From positions 124,001 through 188,000 of the IMG/VR virus record IMGVR_UViG_3300028840_001395: a stretch of DNA of 64,000 bases. The stretch is one strand, 5' to 3'. How positions within the stretch are numbered: the stretch's first letter is position 1; every line of letters begins with the position of its first letter. Made by a program: the position numbers and the translations under genes. Under the pieces are notes generated by a model. It had not been told where the DNA came from, did not search any database, and worked only from the letters and a program-made list of their open reading frames with translations. Positions 63,618 to 64,000 of this stretch are shown one piece after another.

Positions 63618-63649
63618 GTAGACTACTCCGAAGGCAGGTCCGATAAGCC
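63618..63649 (-). promoter_or_regulatory. Class I bipartite phage promoter motif
   Basis: GGCTTAT-N14-GAGTAGTCTAC. Confidence 0.75.
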
Positions 63650-63651
63650 CC

Positions 63652-63930
63652 CTACTTGATGCCCTTGAGCGCCTCACGCGCCTGCTCCTGGCATCTCCGC
63701 AACGCCTGGATGGCGAAGGTCCCGTCACTGGCCTTGACCAGATCGTCCTCTCGGGCGATCTCCTGAAGGGCATCTCGCATCTTCTCGTACTGCCGGGCCT
63801 GAATCCAGCGGCCCATGCCCGGCTTGGCCCGTGCCTTCTGCTCCTCGGGAGTCAGCGCACCGAACTTCGCAGTCCCCCAGTTGCAGTCTGCGACCCAGTA
63901 GTTCCACAGGACTCGGAGCCAGTAGCGCAT
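63652..63930 (-). CDS. Hypothetical protein
   Basis: TGATG coupling to the upstream partial ORF. Confidence 0.55.
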   Translation of the reverse strand: MRYWLRVLWNYWVADCNWGTAKFGALTPEEQKARAKPGMGRWIQARQYEKMRDALQEIAREDDLVKASDGTFAIQALRRCQEQAREALKGIK

Positions 63931-64000
63931 CACTTCACCCTGTTGGGGCCGAGCAGCTTGCCGATGAGCCTCTCGGTCTTCTCGTCCAGCGTCCCTGGCT
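63930..64000 (-). CDS. Partial ORF (3' end only)
   Basis: ...LDEKTERLIGKLLGPNRVK stop, coupled to the next gene. Confidence 0.4.
   Translation of the reverse strand, partial: PGTLDEKTERLIGKLLGPNRVK

Noticed and set aside
1169-63649. Repeated GAGTAGTCTAG as CRISPR repeats or REP/insertion elements
   Set aside because: Dispersed, with a variable 14-nt interior, oriented with downstream genes; no array and no cas genes.
1-64000. Bacterial chromosomal defence island interpretation
   Set aside because: rIIA/B, the HNH gene, dense small orphans, a private promoter motif and the absence of housekeeping synteny favour a large phage. No hallmark virion gene lies in the window to prove it.

Overview
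This window looks like the accessory/counter-defence and replication-proximal region of a large, GC-rich tailed-phage (jumbo-phage-like) genome. It is not ordinary bacterial chromosome: genes are densely packed, mostly small and orphan, with ATGA/TGATG overlaps, and include rIIA/rIIB, ArdC, a free-standing HNH endonuclease and an ECF-like sigma factor. I found no structural, terminase or polymerase genes, no tRNA and no CRISPR array. The left arm (1-22.3 kb, minus strand) carries a complete four-enzyme deamidating NAD+ salvage pathway (pncB, nadE, pncA, nadD) plus an NrtR (Nudix + wHTH) regulator. Two tandem GT-N7-AC palindromes of NrtR-box type overlap a near-consensus sigma70 promoter in front of pncB. 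The same predicted transcript holds a TerY-P-like triad (vWA, PP2C, kinase), a thioesterase and Pth2. Upstream lie a macrodomain / methyltransferase / CoaB-aldolase operon and rIIA-rIIB. At least 14 copies of a bipartite promoter-like motif (GKCTTAY-N14-GAGTAGTCTAG) punctuate the window. A second motif (CTAT-N12/13-RTAG) mostly precedes genes whose products share N-terminal RVAxRY- or LxDWTFV-type peptides. A sharp C-rich to G-rich strand switch inside a ~650 bp non-coding gap (34.1-34.75 kb), next to the sigma gene, marks a candidate replication origin. The right arm encodes a 46-aa type IV mini-pilin that the ORF track misses, and eight paralogues sharing an uncharacterised ~95-aa domain (F[P/G]...DF[IV]GW[LV]S). 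All calls come from motif recognition by eye; no database searches were run, and start codons were chosen by RBS/overlap logic.
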